Shown here: positions 32,600-42,229 of the stretch, piece by piece
Numbering within the stretch: the first letter of the stretch is position 1
Layout: each line of letters begins with the position of its first letter
Source of the DNA: Gammaproteobacteria bacterium
GTDB lineage: Bacteria; Pseudomonadota; Gammaproteobacteria; JABDGN01
Length of the DNA stretch: 63,260 bases
Reading direction: 5' to 3'
NCBI GenBank assembly: GCA_034112285.1
Contig: JAWUVP010000083.1
Span: forward strand, 1-63,260
Position numbers and translations under genes: made by a program
Notes under the pieces: model-generated
What the model was told of the DNA's origin: nothing
The model's database searches: none
The model's input: only the letters and a program-made list of their open reading frames with translations

Positions 32600-33202
32600 C
32601 TATGAATTAGACATAAGGCGGCTGCGGCAAAAAAACAATTGCCAACGCCGGCCGCCTATTTGACGCCACGCAATCGCGGAACGTAAGCCCGCTAACAGCA
32701 AAGCGCGTATCTTTTGCATAATATCAGCTTGCTCCAAATATTCAGGCTTACCTTCTATCATAATACGCTGCGGCCATTGCCCCAAGGTATCGCTATATAG
32801 GCTAGCTATATTGGCAATAACTTCAGGGGCTAACGGGCCAAAAAAATCTACCTGGGTTACTATTTGCTCCACCCCGCGATCCAACGCTGCTTGCGTTTCG
32901 CCTGATTTGCTCAGCTTACGTTCAAAATGAATCAAGTTGACGACATAGCGTATAAGTTGCGCATTGGCAGTGGCTTTGGCCGATAAGCATTTTTCAAGCT
33001 CAACTGAGCCAAGCTTTACACCATCAGCGCCACCATATATATCCGCCACAGATTGAGCATCTATTTGATAAAGGCTATTTATTGAGTGGGCAAACATATC
33101 CTCATTGCAGGCGCCATGCTGGGCCAATTCATTGACTAAGCTCGCGGCTTGGCACATGCCAGCTAAGCAAAGGCGAATATCACCGTAAGTGCGCTTACCC
33201 AC
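32600..33202 (-). CDS. hflD: High-frequency-of-lysogenization protein HflD
   Basis: [20 protein letters not shown] aligns with E. coli Hfl[37 protein letters not shown] aligns with LLAGIRAAVLWHQVGG. Overlaps the mnmA stop. Confidence 0.85.
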   Translation of the reverse strand: MGKRTYGDIRLCLAGMCQAASLVNELAQHGACNEDMFAHSINSLYQIDAQSVADIYGGADGVKLGSVELEKCLSAKATANAQLIRYVVNLIHFERKLSKSGETQAALDRGVEQIVTQVDFFGPLAPEVIANIASLYSDTLGQWPQRIMIEGKPEYLEQADIMQKIRALLLAGLRSAIAWRQIGGRRWQLFFCRSRLMSNS

Positions 33203-34289
33203 AAATAATCCCTCCGCCTAGGCAAATGTCACCCTGATAAAACACAACAGACTGACCCGGAGTCACTGAGCGTTGTGGGCTATCAAAATTAACGTTGGCA
33301 ATGGCATCAGCATTTAGCTCGACGGTGCATAAAATATTACGGTCATCTTGGCGGTAGCGCGTTTTAGCTGTGCAGCACAGCGGCAGTGGAGGGCATTCAC
33401 CGCTCACCCAATGTAATTGTTCGCAGCGCAAGCTGGCCCGATATAAAGCAGGGTGATGCTTGCCTTGCACCACTTGTAAGACATTGCGGGTTAAATCTTT
33501 GCCGGTGACATACCAGGGCGTGTTATCGCCTTGTTGCAGGCCACCAATTCCCAACCCTTGACGCTGCCCATATGTATAAAACATCAGGCCATCGTGCTGG
33601 CCTAGCACCTCACCTTCAAGTGTTTCAATATTACCGGGCTGAGAGGGCAGGTATTCGCTTAAAAAATTCTTAAATTTGCGCTCACCAATAAAGCAGATGC
33701 CAGTACTATCTTTTTTATTGTATGTCACCAGGCCATGTTCTTCAGCCAATTGGCGAACCTTGGTTTTTTGTAACGCTCCGATGGGAAACAAAGAGGGCGC
33801 AAGCTGCTGCTGGTTGAGTAAATAAAGAAAATACGACTGATCTTTGCCGGGATCAAGGCCTTTACAGAGCTGGTACCGTCCAGCTACGAATTGTTTTTGA
33901 ACATAATGCCCCGTGGCAATATAATCTGCCTTCAGCTCCGTTTGGGCATAATGCAAAAAAGCTTTGAATTTAATTTCTTTGTTGCACAAAACATCTGGGT
34001 TGGGCGTACGCCCGAGGGTGAACTCTTCTAAAAAGTGCGCGAACACGGTATCCCAATATTCTTTCGCAAAATTAACCGCATGTAAGGTTATACCCAGTTT
34101 TTGGCATACGGCTTCAGCATCGTTGAGATCTATTTCAGCGGAACAATATTCACTGTCATCATCTTCTTCCCAGTTTTTCATAAACAAGCCTTCAACTTGA
34201 TAGCCTTGCTGCTGAAGCAACAAGGCACTGACCGAAGAATCCACCCCGCCAGACATGCCGACGACCACTTTTGTATTTGCGTTATTCAT
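33195..34289 (-). CDS. mnmA: tRNA 2-thiouridine(34) synthase MnmA
   Basis: [52 protein letters not shown] and [11 protein letters not shown] are almost identical to E. coli MnmA. Confidence 0.93.
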   Translation of the reverse strand: MNNANTKVVVGMSGGVDSSVSALLLQQQGYQVEGLFMKNWEEDDDSEYCSAEIDLNDAEAVCQKLGITLHAVNFAKEYWDTVFAHFLEEFTLGRTPNPDVLCNKEIKFKAFLHYAQTELKADYIATGHYVQKQFVAGRYQLCKGLDPGKDQSYFLYLLNQQQLAPSLFPIGALQKTKVRQLAEEHGLVTYNKKDSTGICFIGERKFKNFLSEYLPSQPGNIETLEGEVLGQHDGLMFYTYGQRQGLGIGGLQQGDNTPWYVTGKDLTRNVLQVVQGKHHPALYRASLRCEQLHWVSGECPPLPLCCTAKTRYRQDDRNILCTVELNADAIANVNFDSPQRSVTPGQSVVFYQGDICLGGGIICG

Positions 34290-34693
34290 GCTGCGAATTA
34301 TACATCAAGAATGAACATAAATTACACGTCAGCAAAATAAGTTGTAGGTTATTGCCCTGTTATGCGTGAGAGATTGCCCCGCGACATTGAAGGTCATTGA
34401 CCGGGTTGCCCGGAAGAAGACTCTGTTTAGTTTCAATAAGTTGAGTAAATCATCAAATAACTTACCCGAAAAGTAGCAAGTCCTCGCGGGCTAGATGAGT
34501 AGGAGCATCAAAAATATTTTGTCTGAATTTATTACAAAAAAACTAAAACAAAGCATTTACAGCCTATTTTATTGGCGTATAGTCCTCACTTCAAATTCGT
34601 CACAATACACCCATTGCTACATTTTGAACAAGAATTGTAGAGAGCCCAGCGTATGAGAGCATTAAAAGCTTATTGCGCAAACAGCTTTCTTTC

Positions 34694-34733
34694 GCGCACT
34701 AAGCAGACAAAAAAACATAACTGCTTAGTGCGC
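34694..34733 (+). promoter_or_regulatory. Perfect 13-bp inverted repeat (stem-loop or operator) in the mnmA-icd intergenic region
   Basis: GCGCACTAAGCAG (34694-34706), a 14-nt A-rich loop, then CTGCTTAGTGCGC (34721-34733), followed by CCACTCTTTTGT on the + strand. Confidence 0.5.
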
Positions 34734-34852
34734 CCACTCTTTTGTATTAAAAATCCTGACCCACGCTAAACCTTCAATTTAAATCCTAGATGCATTTCAG
34801 AGCAAAAAATGCTATTCTTCGCGCTTTGTAACTCAATGGAGACACGACCTCA

Positions 34853-36109
34853 ATGACCTACCAACATATCACAGTGCCAAGCGATGGCGAAAAAATCACT
34901 CAAGCTGACAACCAAGCCCCTGTAGTCCCTAATCATCCTATTATTCCTTTCATTGAAGGCGATGGTATTGGTGCTGATATTACTCCAGTCATGAAAAAAG
35001 TCGTCGATGCCGCCGTTAAAAAAGCTTATAACGGTGAGAAAAAAATTGCCTGGATGGAAGTTTACGCCGGTGAAAAAGCCGTCAATGTTTACGGTGGCGA
35101 CACCTGGCTTCCTGAAGAAACCTTAGACGCCATGCGCGAATACCACATTGGTATTAAAGGCCCGTTAACAACCCCTGTAGGCGGCGGTATACGCTCATTA
35201 AACGTTGCCCTGCGCCAAATGCTCGACTTGTTCGTTTGCATGCGCCCAGTACAATATTTTCAAGGTACGCCTAGCCCAGTGAAGCGTCCCCAGGACGTAG
35301 ACATGGTTATCTTCCGTGAAAATTCAGAAGACATCTACGCCGGCATTGAATGGGCCGCGGACAGCCCAGAAGCCAAAAAAGTTATCGACTTTTTGCGCAA
35401 TGAAATGGGCGTGACTAAAATTCGTTTCCCAGAAGGCTGCGGCATCGGTGTGAAACCCGTGTCAAAACAAGGCACAGAGCGGTTAGTGCGCCAAGCCATT
35501 CAATATACTATCGACAACGACCGTTCTTCACTTACCTTGGTACATAAAGGTAATATTATGAAATTTACCGAAGGTGCGTTTAAAGATTGGGGCTATGAAT
35601 TAGCCAAGCGCGAATTTGGTGCCACCGAAATTGATGGCGGCCCATGGTGCAAGTTTGCTAATCCACAAACCGGTAAAGAAATCATAGTCAAAGACGTGAT
35701 TGCTGATGCATTCCTACAACAAATTCTAACCCGTCCAGCGGAATATAGCGTAATTGCTACGCTTAACCTCAATGGCGATTACATTTCAGATGCTTTAGCA
35801 GCTGAAGTCGGCGGCATTGGTATTGCACCGGGCGCCAACATTGGTGGTGACGTAGCTATCTTTGAAGCCACTCATGGCACCGCACCAAAATATGCCGGTC
35901 AAGATAAAGTGAACCCAGGTTCATTGATTCTCTCTGCCGAAATGATGCTACGTTATATGGGTTGGACAGAAGCTGCCGATTTAATTATTGGCGCCACTGA
36001 AAGCACCATCAACAAAAAAACCGTCACCTATGACTTTGAGCGTTTAATGGATGACGCCACATTGTTAAGCTGTTCAGCATTTGGTGATGCGCTAATCTCT
36101 AATATGTAA
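34853..36109 (+). CDS. icd: NADP-dependent isocitrate dehydrogenase
   Basis: 418 aa, E. coli Icd-like throughout: [59 protein letters not shown] lies upstream. Confidence 0.93.
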   Translation: MTYQHITVPSDGEKITQADNQAPVVPNHPIIPFIEGDGIGADITPVMKKVVDAAVKKAYNGEKKIAWMEVYAGEKAVNVYGGDTWLPEETLDAMREYHIGIKGPLTTPVGGGIRSLNVALRQMLDLFVCMRPVQYFQGTPSPVKRPQDVDMVIFRENSEDIYAGIEWAADSPEAKKVIDFLRNEMGVTKIRFPEGCGIGVKPVSKQGTERLVRQAIQYTIDNDRSSLTLVHKGNIMKFTEGAFKDWGYELAKREFGATEIDGGPWCKFANPQTGKEIIVKDVIADAFLQQILTRPAEYSVIATLNLNGDYISDALAAEVGGIGIAPGANIGGDVAIFEATHGTAPKYAGQDKVNPGSLILSAEMMLRYMGWTEAADLIIGATESTINKKTVTYDFERLMDDATLLSCSAFGDALISNM

Positions 36110-36114
36110 GCTGG

Positions 36115-37107
36115 ATGATTTCATTAAGCCTACAAGAAAAACTCCCTTGGCATTCAAAGCCTTGGGAGTTTTTTTTAAAGTGTTTACAAACTGATAGGGT
36201 GCCACAAGCAATCTTGCTTACCGGTCCTGCTGGCTTAGGTAAGCAACATTTTGCTGAGCAAATGGCGCGCCGTCTGCTTTGCCAATCCCCAGAAGCTGAG
36301 CTTGCCTGTGGTCAGTGCCAAGCTTGCCAGCAGCAATCTGCCGGATTTTGCCCTGATTTATATTATCTAATGCCAGAAGAGGGCAGCAACATCATTAAAA
36401 TTGATGCCGTGCGAGCCTTAACTAGCAACATTCGCCAAACCTCACAGTTAGGCGGTTTAAAAATCGTACTTATTTGCCCTGCTGAGGCGATGAACCGAGC
36501 GGCAGCCAATGCGCTGTTGAAAACCTTGGAAGAACCTAACAGTGACACTAAATTGATCTTGGTCAGCCATCAGCCCGAACAGTTATTAGCCACCATTCGC
36601 AGCCGCTGCCAAGTGCTTCCTTTCGTGCAGCCAGAAACCAGCACTTCTAAATTATGGCTTATAAATCAAGGAGCAAGCAATGTTTTAGAAGGCTTGTCAT
36701 TAACTGAAAATCTTCCGTTGGCTGCTTTGGCTTATTTAAAAAACGAAGCTTTACAGACTCAGCACCAGGAATTTTTTAGTGCATGGCACAGTTTTATGGA
36801 CAGGCATAACCCGATTGAATTTGCCGCTATCTGCGCAGCACAAGAGGGCGCGCCCATCATGCTTTGGCTCCAGCAACTTTATATCGATATATTACGCTTA
36901 CAAACACAAGCCAGCCCAGCCTTGGCACATAGCGGCCACCAAACTGAAATAAGCCAACAAAGCTCACGAATTAGTGTTGCTAGTTGCTTTAATGCACTCG
37001 ATGCCATTATTGAGATGCAAAAAACACTTCACAAACAGCCCCATCTTAACTTACAATTACAACTAGAATCATTATTCATTGATTTAATAGGAATACATGG
37101 CAACTGA
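36115..37107 (+). CDS. holB: DNA polymerase III delta-prime subunit
   Basis: LLTGPAGLGK P-loop-like motif, zinc module CGQCQACQ, LLKTLEEP and SRCQ motifs. Confidence 0.85.
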   Translation: MISLSLQEKLPWHSKPWEFFLKCLQTDRVPQAILLTGPAGLGKQHFAEQMARRLLCQSPEAELACGQCQACQQQSAGFCPDLYYLMPEEGSNIIKIDAVRALTSNIRQTSQLGGLKIVLICPAEAMNRAAANALLKTLEEPNSDTKLILVSHQPEQLLATIRSRCQVLPFVQPETSTSKLWLINQGASNVLEGLSLTENLPLAALAYLKNEALQTQHQEFFSAWHSFMDRHNPIEFAAICAAQEGAPIMLWLQQLYIDILRLQTQASPALAHSGHQTEISQQSSRISVASCFNALDAIIEMQKTLHKQPHLNLQLQLESLFIDLIGIHGN

Positions 37108-37429
37108 TAACAAACCACATCTAGTCAACTTAAAACTTAAGCCCGATCAGCTGAGTGATTCGTATTTAGATTATATTCAAGGCGGCGGCTTATTTATAGC
37201 CACCCGTGAGCCGGACTATAAACTGGGTGAAGAGGTTTTTTTAAAAGTAGACCTTGAAGGCCTTGCAGAGCCATACCGTATTATCGGTAAAATTGTTTGG
37301 ATATCCACGCAAGCCGATGCCCAAGAATGGCCGCCAGGCATTGGCGTGCAATTTCAAGACGAAGCAGGCACGCAATTAAATGCAGAAATTCAAACCACCA
37401 TTGCAGCTTTGCACAAGCAAGGCGCATAG
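37097..37429 (+). CDS. pilZ: Type IV pilus assembly PilZ-domain protein
   Basis: GGGLFIAT...YKLGEEVFL...GKIVWIS....PPGIGVQF aligns with P. aeruginosa PilZ, which also lies next to holB. Confidence 0.8.
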   Translation: MATDNKPHLVNLKLKPDQLSDSYLDYIQGGGLFIATREPDYKLGEEVFLKVDLEGLAEPYRIIGKIVWISTQADAQEWPPGIGVQFQDEAGTQLNAEIQTTIAALHKQGA

Positions 37430-37448
37430 CGCGCTTAAAAAGCATAAA

Positions 37449-38222
37449 CTATTGAGCTTTATTAAATAACGTATAAAAATTCTCAGTCGTATGCTTGGCA
37501 ATAAGCTCAAAAGGCTCATCTCGCAGTTCGGCAATAAATTCCCCGACATTTCTAACATAAGCCGGGTAATTAGGCTTACCGCGAAAGGGCACGGGGGCTA
37601 AAAAAGGTGAGTCGGTTTCGATTAGCATTCTATCAAGAGGCATTTTCTTGGCCACTTCTTGCAATTCTTTGGCATTTTTAAAGGTGACTATCCCTGAAAA
37701 TGACACGTAAAACCCCATATCCATAGCGGCTTGAGCCATATCCCAACTCTCTGTAAAGCAATGTAATACACCGCCCACTTCGGCTATATTTTCTTCAGCC
37801 ATAAGTTTGATGGTATCTTCGCGGGCATCACGAGTGTGTATAATCACCGGCAGGCCCAGCTGCTTAGCGGCACGAATATGGGTACGAAAGGCATCGCGCT
37901 GCCAGCTTAAATCGCCTTCACTGCGAAAATAATCTAATCCCGTTTCACCGATTGCTACCACTTTAGGCGCGTTGGCTAATTCAACTAGTTTCTCAACCGG
38001 GGTAACTTCTTGGCTATCGTTTGGGTGCACGCCAACGGAGGCATAAACGTTAGGGTAACGCTGTGCACAACTTAAAACATCAGGCAGCGTGGGTAAATCA
38101 ACAGAAACACAAAGCATGGTTTCGACGCCATTTTCTGTCGCAGCAGTAATAACATTATCTAAATTATTATCGTAGTTACTTAAATCAAGCATATTTAAGT
38201 GGCAATGAGAATCGACGATCAT
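37449..38222 (-). CDS. TatD-family metal-dependent hydrolase (YcfH-like)
   Basis: MIVDSHCHL, VAIGETGLDY, IHTRDA and ETDSPFL motifs. Confidence 0.88.
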   Translation of the reverse strand: MIVDSHCHLNMLDLSNYDNNLDNVITAATENGVETMLCVSVDLPTLPDVLSCAQRYPNVYASVGVHPNDSQEVTPVEKLVELANAPKVVAIGETGLDYFRSEGDLSWQRDAFRTHIRAAKQLGLPVIIHTRDAREDTIKLMAEENIAEVGGVLHCFTESWDMAQAAMDMGFYVSFSGIVTFKNAKELQEVAKKMPLDRMLIETDSPFLAPVPFRGKPNYPAYVRNVGEFIAELRDEPFELIAKHTTENFYTLFNKAQ

Positions 38223-38334
38223 AAGTGTTCTTTGGTAGTTGAATATACGGTGAGTTTAGCAGATTAAAGGTTATATCAACAGCAAGGTTTGTGGCTGTGA
38301 CTAGGCAGCAGGTTAAAACAAAAGACAACAAGCA

Positions 38335-38612
38335 CGTTGTTGGGGCGGTTCTTGTAGCAACGACGACCACCGCAACAAGCCCGTCGTTGCGTGGAGCGCA
38401 GCGACGGTGAAGACGTTGGGGCAGCTCTTGTAGCGACGACGACCACCGCAACAAGCCCGTCGTTGCGTGGAGCGCAGCGACGGTGAAGACGTTGGGGCAG
38501 CTCTTGTAGAGACGATGACCACCGCAAGCCCGTCGTTGCGAGGAGCACAGCGACGCGGCAATCTCATGAATTACACTGTAGTCTAGAACATTGCCGCGTC
38601 GCTACGCTTCTC
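38335..38612. repeat. About 3 tandem copies of a 76-bp unit carrying the REP-like hairpin, plus a terminal 12-bp inverted-repeat pair
   Basis: Unit CGTTGGGGCAGCTCTTGTAGCGACGACGACCACCGCAACAAGCCCGTCGTTGCGTGGAGCGCAGCGACGGTGAAGA starts at about 38335 (diverged), 38414 and 38490 (2-nt deletion). Then CGACGCGGCAAT ... ATTGCCGCGTCG spans 38550-38603. Confidence 0.85.
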
Positions 38613-38670
38613 GCAACGCCGAGCGGAAGGAGTAGAAAAAGACGATTCTATACTGTGATAATGACCTTAC

Positions 38671-39927
38671 TTAATCTTCGCGAATCCAAACCAGCAGCAA
38701 CAGCGCAATAAATAAGTAAATAGGCATTATTAACATAGCATGCTGATAATCGGCCACGCTAAAATAGGGCGCTCCCGCTACCATTTTGCCTGACCAGCTC
38801 AAATCAAGTAATTTCCCAACCAAGGGTTCTGTAAAAGCACCAAACAGAGCATCGCCACTATTAATTAAGGCAATCACCGTGGCAGCAACGGCGAGTGGAT
38901 TTAACAACCTGCCCACAGCAAAACCGAGCATAAATGCACCGGTTCCAAAGCCGAATAAAAACAAGAACACCGCTAACAAGCTTAACGGTAAATGCGGGAT
39001 ATAGACCACGATTAAAAAAGTGACTAATGCTAAGCCCGAGCCATAAGCCATAACACGACGCTTGCTCATCCATCGGTCTGAAATTAAGCCCAGCAGCGGG
39101 CCACCCACGGCTAAACCTAAAAAGGCCAGCGTAATAAACGTTGCCGCTTCAGTCGGCTTCAAATGATAAGCTTGCTGCACAAAAGGGTGCCCCCATAGGC
39201 CGGCAAACACGGCGATAGGTGAATAGGCCAAACCACTATAGAAGGTCAGCAACCAGTTTTGCTTATTAGCAAACACCATTTTCACACCGCGCCAGTAACT
39301 TTGTGGCGCCGTTTTTTCAGGCAGCTCAAGGCTATCGGGCGCTTTATGTTTGTCGCGAACGACCACTAAAAACAATACCGCCATGCCCATGCCGATGTAT
39401 CCCCAATCAAGCAAGCCCGAACGCCAGCCAAATTTATGCATCATGATCGCCAAGGGCGCTTGCCCAAAGATGGCGCCCATCATGGCGGCAGTGGCTAATA
39501 AACCACCGATAAAAGCAAACCGATTGGCTGGAAACCACACTGCGGCCATTTTCATGTAGCTCACCGTTGCAAAAGCCACCCCGAGCCCCATTAACAAACG
39601 CGCGCCAATCGCGCTGCTTAAGCTATGAGCATTGGCGAACCAAAACAAGCCCAGCGCACTGACTAACAAGGCTATGGCCGCTAAAACACGCGTGCCAAAA
39701 CGATCGATCAACACACCGACAAACAGTTGCATCACCATATAAGAGTAAAAATAAGTCGCCACCAAATTACCTAAACCCGCACCATGAATCTTAAATTCTT
39801 GCATTAATTCATGAGTAATTAAGCCTGGGTAAACTTGAAGAATGAATTTATAAAATAAAAAGAAAGCACATAAGCTGATAACAACCCATGGATAATGTTT
39901 TTTTTGCGTGAAATGAATCGGTGTCAT
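38671..39927 (-). CDS. MFS transporter (paralog of 31313..32596)
   Basis: 12-TM profile and N-terminal similarity to the 31313 ORF. Confidence 0.8.
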   Translation of the reverse strand: MTPIHFTQKKHYPWVVISLCAFFLFYKFILQVYPGLITHELMQEFKIHGAGLGNLVATYFYSYMVMQLFVGVLIDRFGTRVLAAIALLVSALGLFWFANAHSLSSAIGARLLMGLGVAFATVSYMKMAAVWFPANRFAFIGGLLATAAMMGAIFGQAPLAIMMHKFGWRSGLLDWGYIGMGMAVLFLVVVRDKHKAPDSLELPEKTAPQSYWRGVKMVFANKQNWLLTFYSGLAYSPIAVFAGLWGHPFVQQAYHLKPTEAATFITLAFLGLAVGGPLLGLISDRWMSKRRVMAYGSGLALVTFLIVVYIPHLPLSLLAVFLFLFGFGTGAFMLGFAVGRLLNPLAVAATVIALINSGDALFGAFTEPLVGKLLDLSWSGKMVAGAPYFSVADYQHAMLIMPIYLFIALLLLVWIRED

Positions 39928-40665
39928 ACTAATCTCCTACACAGATGCTGGTGTTCTAAAGTGGATAATTAAAAATAGAAATAAAACAGAAACGCCCTAA
40001 TGTCTTACACACTAGGGTTGGTAATTCGAATGATGCGCTGATTGTTTAATGGGTAGTTCATTATTCGAGATTAGCATGAGGTTAATTGGGCTGTCAAGCG
40101 CACGTCGCAGGGTGTAGGCCCCAAGTAGTAATGTCCGGTTTATCCCAAGTTAAAATGTCCGGCATAGAAAATATTTAACAAAAACTCCACACAATGTACT
40201 ATCGATGGCGCACACCATATTTGGTTTGAAGAGCATGGCCCAAAGCCTGGTAACAGCCTTGAATTGCTGGTGGGGAAAGTCCTCCAATTTACATATCCAC
40301 TACCTTTTGTTTTCGATAGTGCCATATTAAAATTGACTAAAAATATTAATTAAGTGCAACAGTAATACATACCGTATAGCGTTAGGATACATGTCATCCC
40401 GGTGAGAAAAACAGGGCCACAATAGCCGCTTGCAACGTCAGGACTTGGACCTATTGCTTTAGTAAATGAAACTGTTGCCGATGGGGCAGGTTTTTGCTAA
40501 TACACTAATTTTCTTTATAGTCTTACCATGCCTAAGATCTACTGGGTCTATCCCTACAACTTTAATTTAATCTGTATGATGAACCACCATTTTATGATAA
40601 TATTCCCTCCAAGTTTCGGTGAAGAATCTGATGCCGCACAACAATAATAAAGGGTTAATCTACAA

Positions 40666-41952
40666 ATGTCTGTATTTAAAAAAATTTCTGTACTTAATGT
40701 TCTTCTCTTTATAATCCATTTTAATGTTCAAGCCGCTGGCTGCATAAATTGGGCACCCGGTACATTTGGGCCGACCACGGTTGGACAACCGGGTGGTGAT
40801 GATCAAATTTCAGCTGATAGTGGTATATATTGGCTTAAGAATAGCGCTAACAATGCACAAGAATTAGACGCTCCAGCCTGTCAATTAAAGGCTGATCCTG
40901 CCGCAAAAAAACAATGTCTAAAAAAATTAAAAGCAACGGGTTACTTTGATTCAAGTAAACCCACCATTATTTTTATCCATGGTTGGCAGCCAGCCACCGT
41001 TGAAAATAAAAATCGTTTCGATTTTTGTTACAATTATAATCTCAAAAAGGGCAAGCCCGCTAAAACCATAAATACGTTAACAGAATGGGCTGGTTGGAAT
41101 GTTGGCGTATTCTATTGGAACCAATACGCCGATGAACTAAGCCCCACTGATGCAGAAGCAAAGATATATTCAGTCAATGGCTTGCGCAGTATGCGCTGGA
41201 AGTATAACTGGACCAACCCGTATGATAACAAACTTAGTTCAAGCTACTGCTCTAAAAAACAAGCTGCTTGTGTCATGCAAACCAATAAGCAAGGTGAGCC
41301 ATTAGATATTGTGCAAATGGCTTATCAAGATTACATTGCAGCGATGCCATCAAGCACCCAATACCACTCTAAACAAATTCGTATTGCAGGGCAATCACTC
41401 GGCACACAAATCGCTATTCAGCTAACCGGCAAGCTATTGCTAGACTCACAAGCTGCTCCAGAGCCTACTCGACTTGCACTCATGGACCCTTACTTTACAC
41501 CTGACAATAAATCGACCAAATTAAATCACCTGCCAAATTCGGTTGCTGATTTTAATGCTGAGGTTGTTCACAACATATTACAAACCCACCCAGATTTTCC
41601 AATCAGCGTTTTTAGAACCTCTGATCTGAGCCAAGCGCCTAATGCAAACCCAGGAGATGAATTAAACGCTCAAGTGGCCTATACTCAACTTTTCCCTAAT
41701 TACATGTACTCAACCAATGAAAATGACCGACAACTAAACAAGCACATCTCGTCAATATACTTGTATTTTTATTCAAATAAATTCTCGGCTAATCCGTATG
41801 TTGCAGCAGGTGATAACTACATTACCGCACAATCATCCGACAGTGAAATAGTTAACTTAATGAGACATAAACGATATCAAGTTGCGAGTGCGAAGCATGA
41901 TAGCTTTTTAGATTTTTGGAATTCGTCTTTTGTGGATGTAAAACCAAAGTAG
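40666..41952 (+). CDS. Secreted alpha/beta-hydrolase, lipase-like
   Basis: Signal peptide MSVFKKISVLNVLLFIIHFNVQAAGC. IIFIHGWQ strand-loop and nucleophile elbow GQSLG (AGQSLGTQIA). Family assignment is from motif resemblance only. Confidence 0.45.
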   Translation: MSVFKKISVLNVLLFIIHFNVQAAGCINWAPGTFGPTTVGQPGGDDQISADSGIYWLKNSANNAQELDAPACQLKADPAAKKQCLKKLKATGYFDSSKPTIIFIHGWQPATVENKNRFDFCYNYNLKKGKPAKTINTLTEWAGWNVGVFYWNQYADELSPTDAEAKIYSVNGLRSMRWKYNWTNPYDNKLSSSYCSKKQAACVMQTNKQGEPLDIVQMAYQDYIAAMPSSTQYHSKQIRIAGQSLGTQIAIQLTGKLLLDSQAAPEPTRLALMDPYFTPDNKSTKLNHLPNSVADFNAEVVHNILQTHPDFPISVFRTSDLSQAPNANPGDELNAQVAYTQLFPNYMYSTNENDRQLNKHISSIYLYFYSNKFSANPYVAAGDNYITAQSSDSEIVNLMRHKRYQVASAKHDSFLDFWNSSFVDVKPK

Positions 41953-42229
41953 TAAAACAGCTCTGCCACCGAATTCCGCGCGTGGTGTGTGAGGCCAATG
42001 GGGAAATGAGGTCGAACATTTATTTTCTTTTTATTGTCGACTTGCCTAATATAATAACCGCATTAGCTTAAGATATAATCAACAGGATTTAAAGGTGCAC
42101 GTTATTTCAGGGCAAGAGTGTCAAAACTTCAGCCATGTGGTTAACTATCCCTTAAGCTTTGTTTGATAAGATATTATTAAGATGAAATGTCTAGCTTAAT
42201 CTATTTATCTAATATTTCTTGAGGAACAC

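Noticed and set aside
38335-38565. Possible CRISPR array
   Set aside because: The whole 76-bp unit repeats, with no unique spacers between repeats. There are only about 3 copies, no cas genes, and the unit belongs to a dispersed REP-like family.
38185-38567. Three overlapping 84-90-aa minus-strand ORFs (38185-38454, 38276-38548, 38313-38567) with recurring RRCAPRNDG peptides
   Set aside because: They are translations of the 76-bp tandem REP-like repeats. They are mutually overlapping, lack independent RBS signals, and owe their similarity to DNA repetition.
40140-40325. 61-aa minus-strand ORF in the 39.9-40.7 kb gap
   Set aside because: No motif, no RBS, low-complexity context. More likely debris of a mobile element than a gene. 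Kept only as part of the boundary observation.
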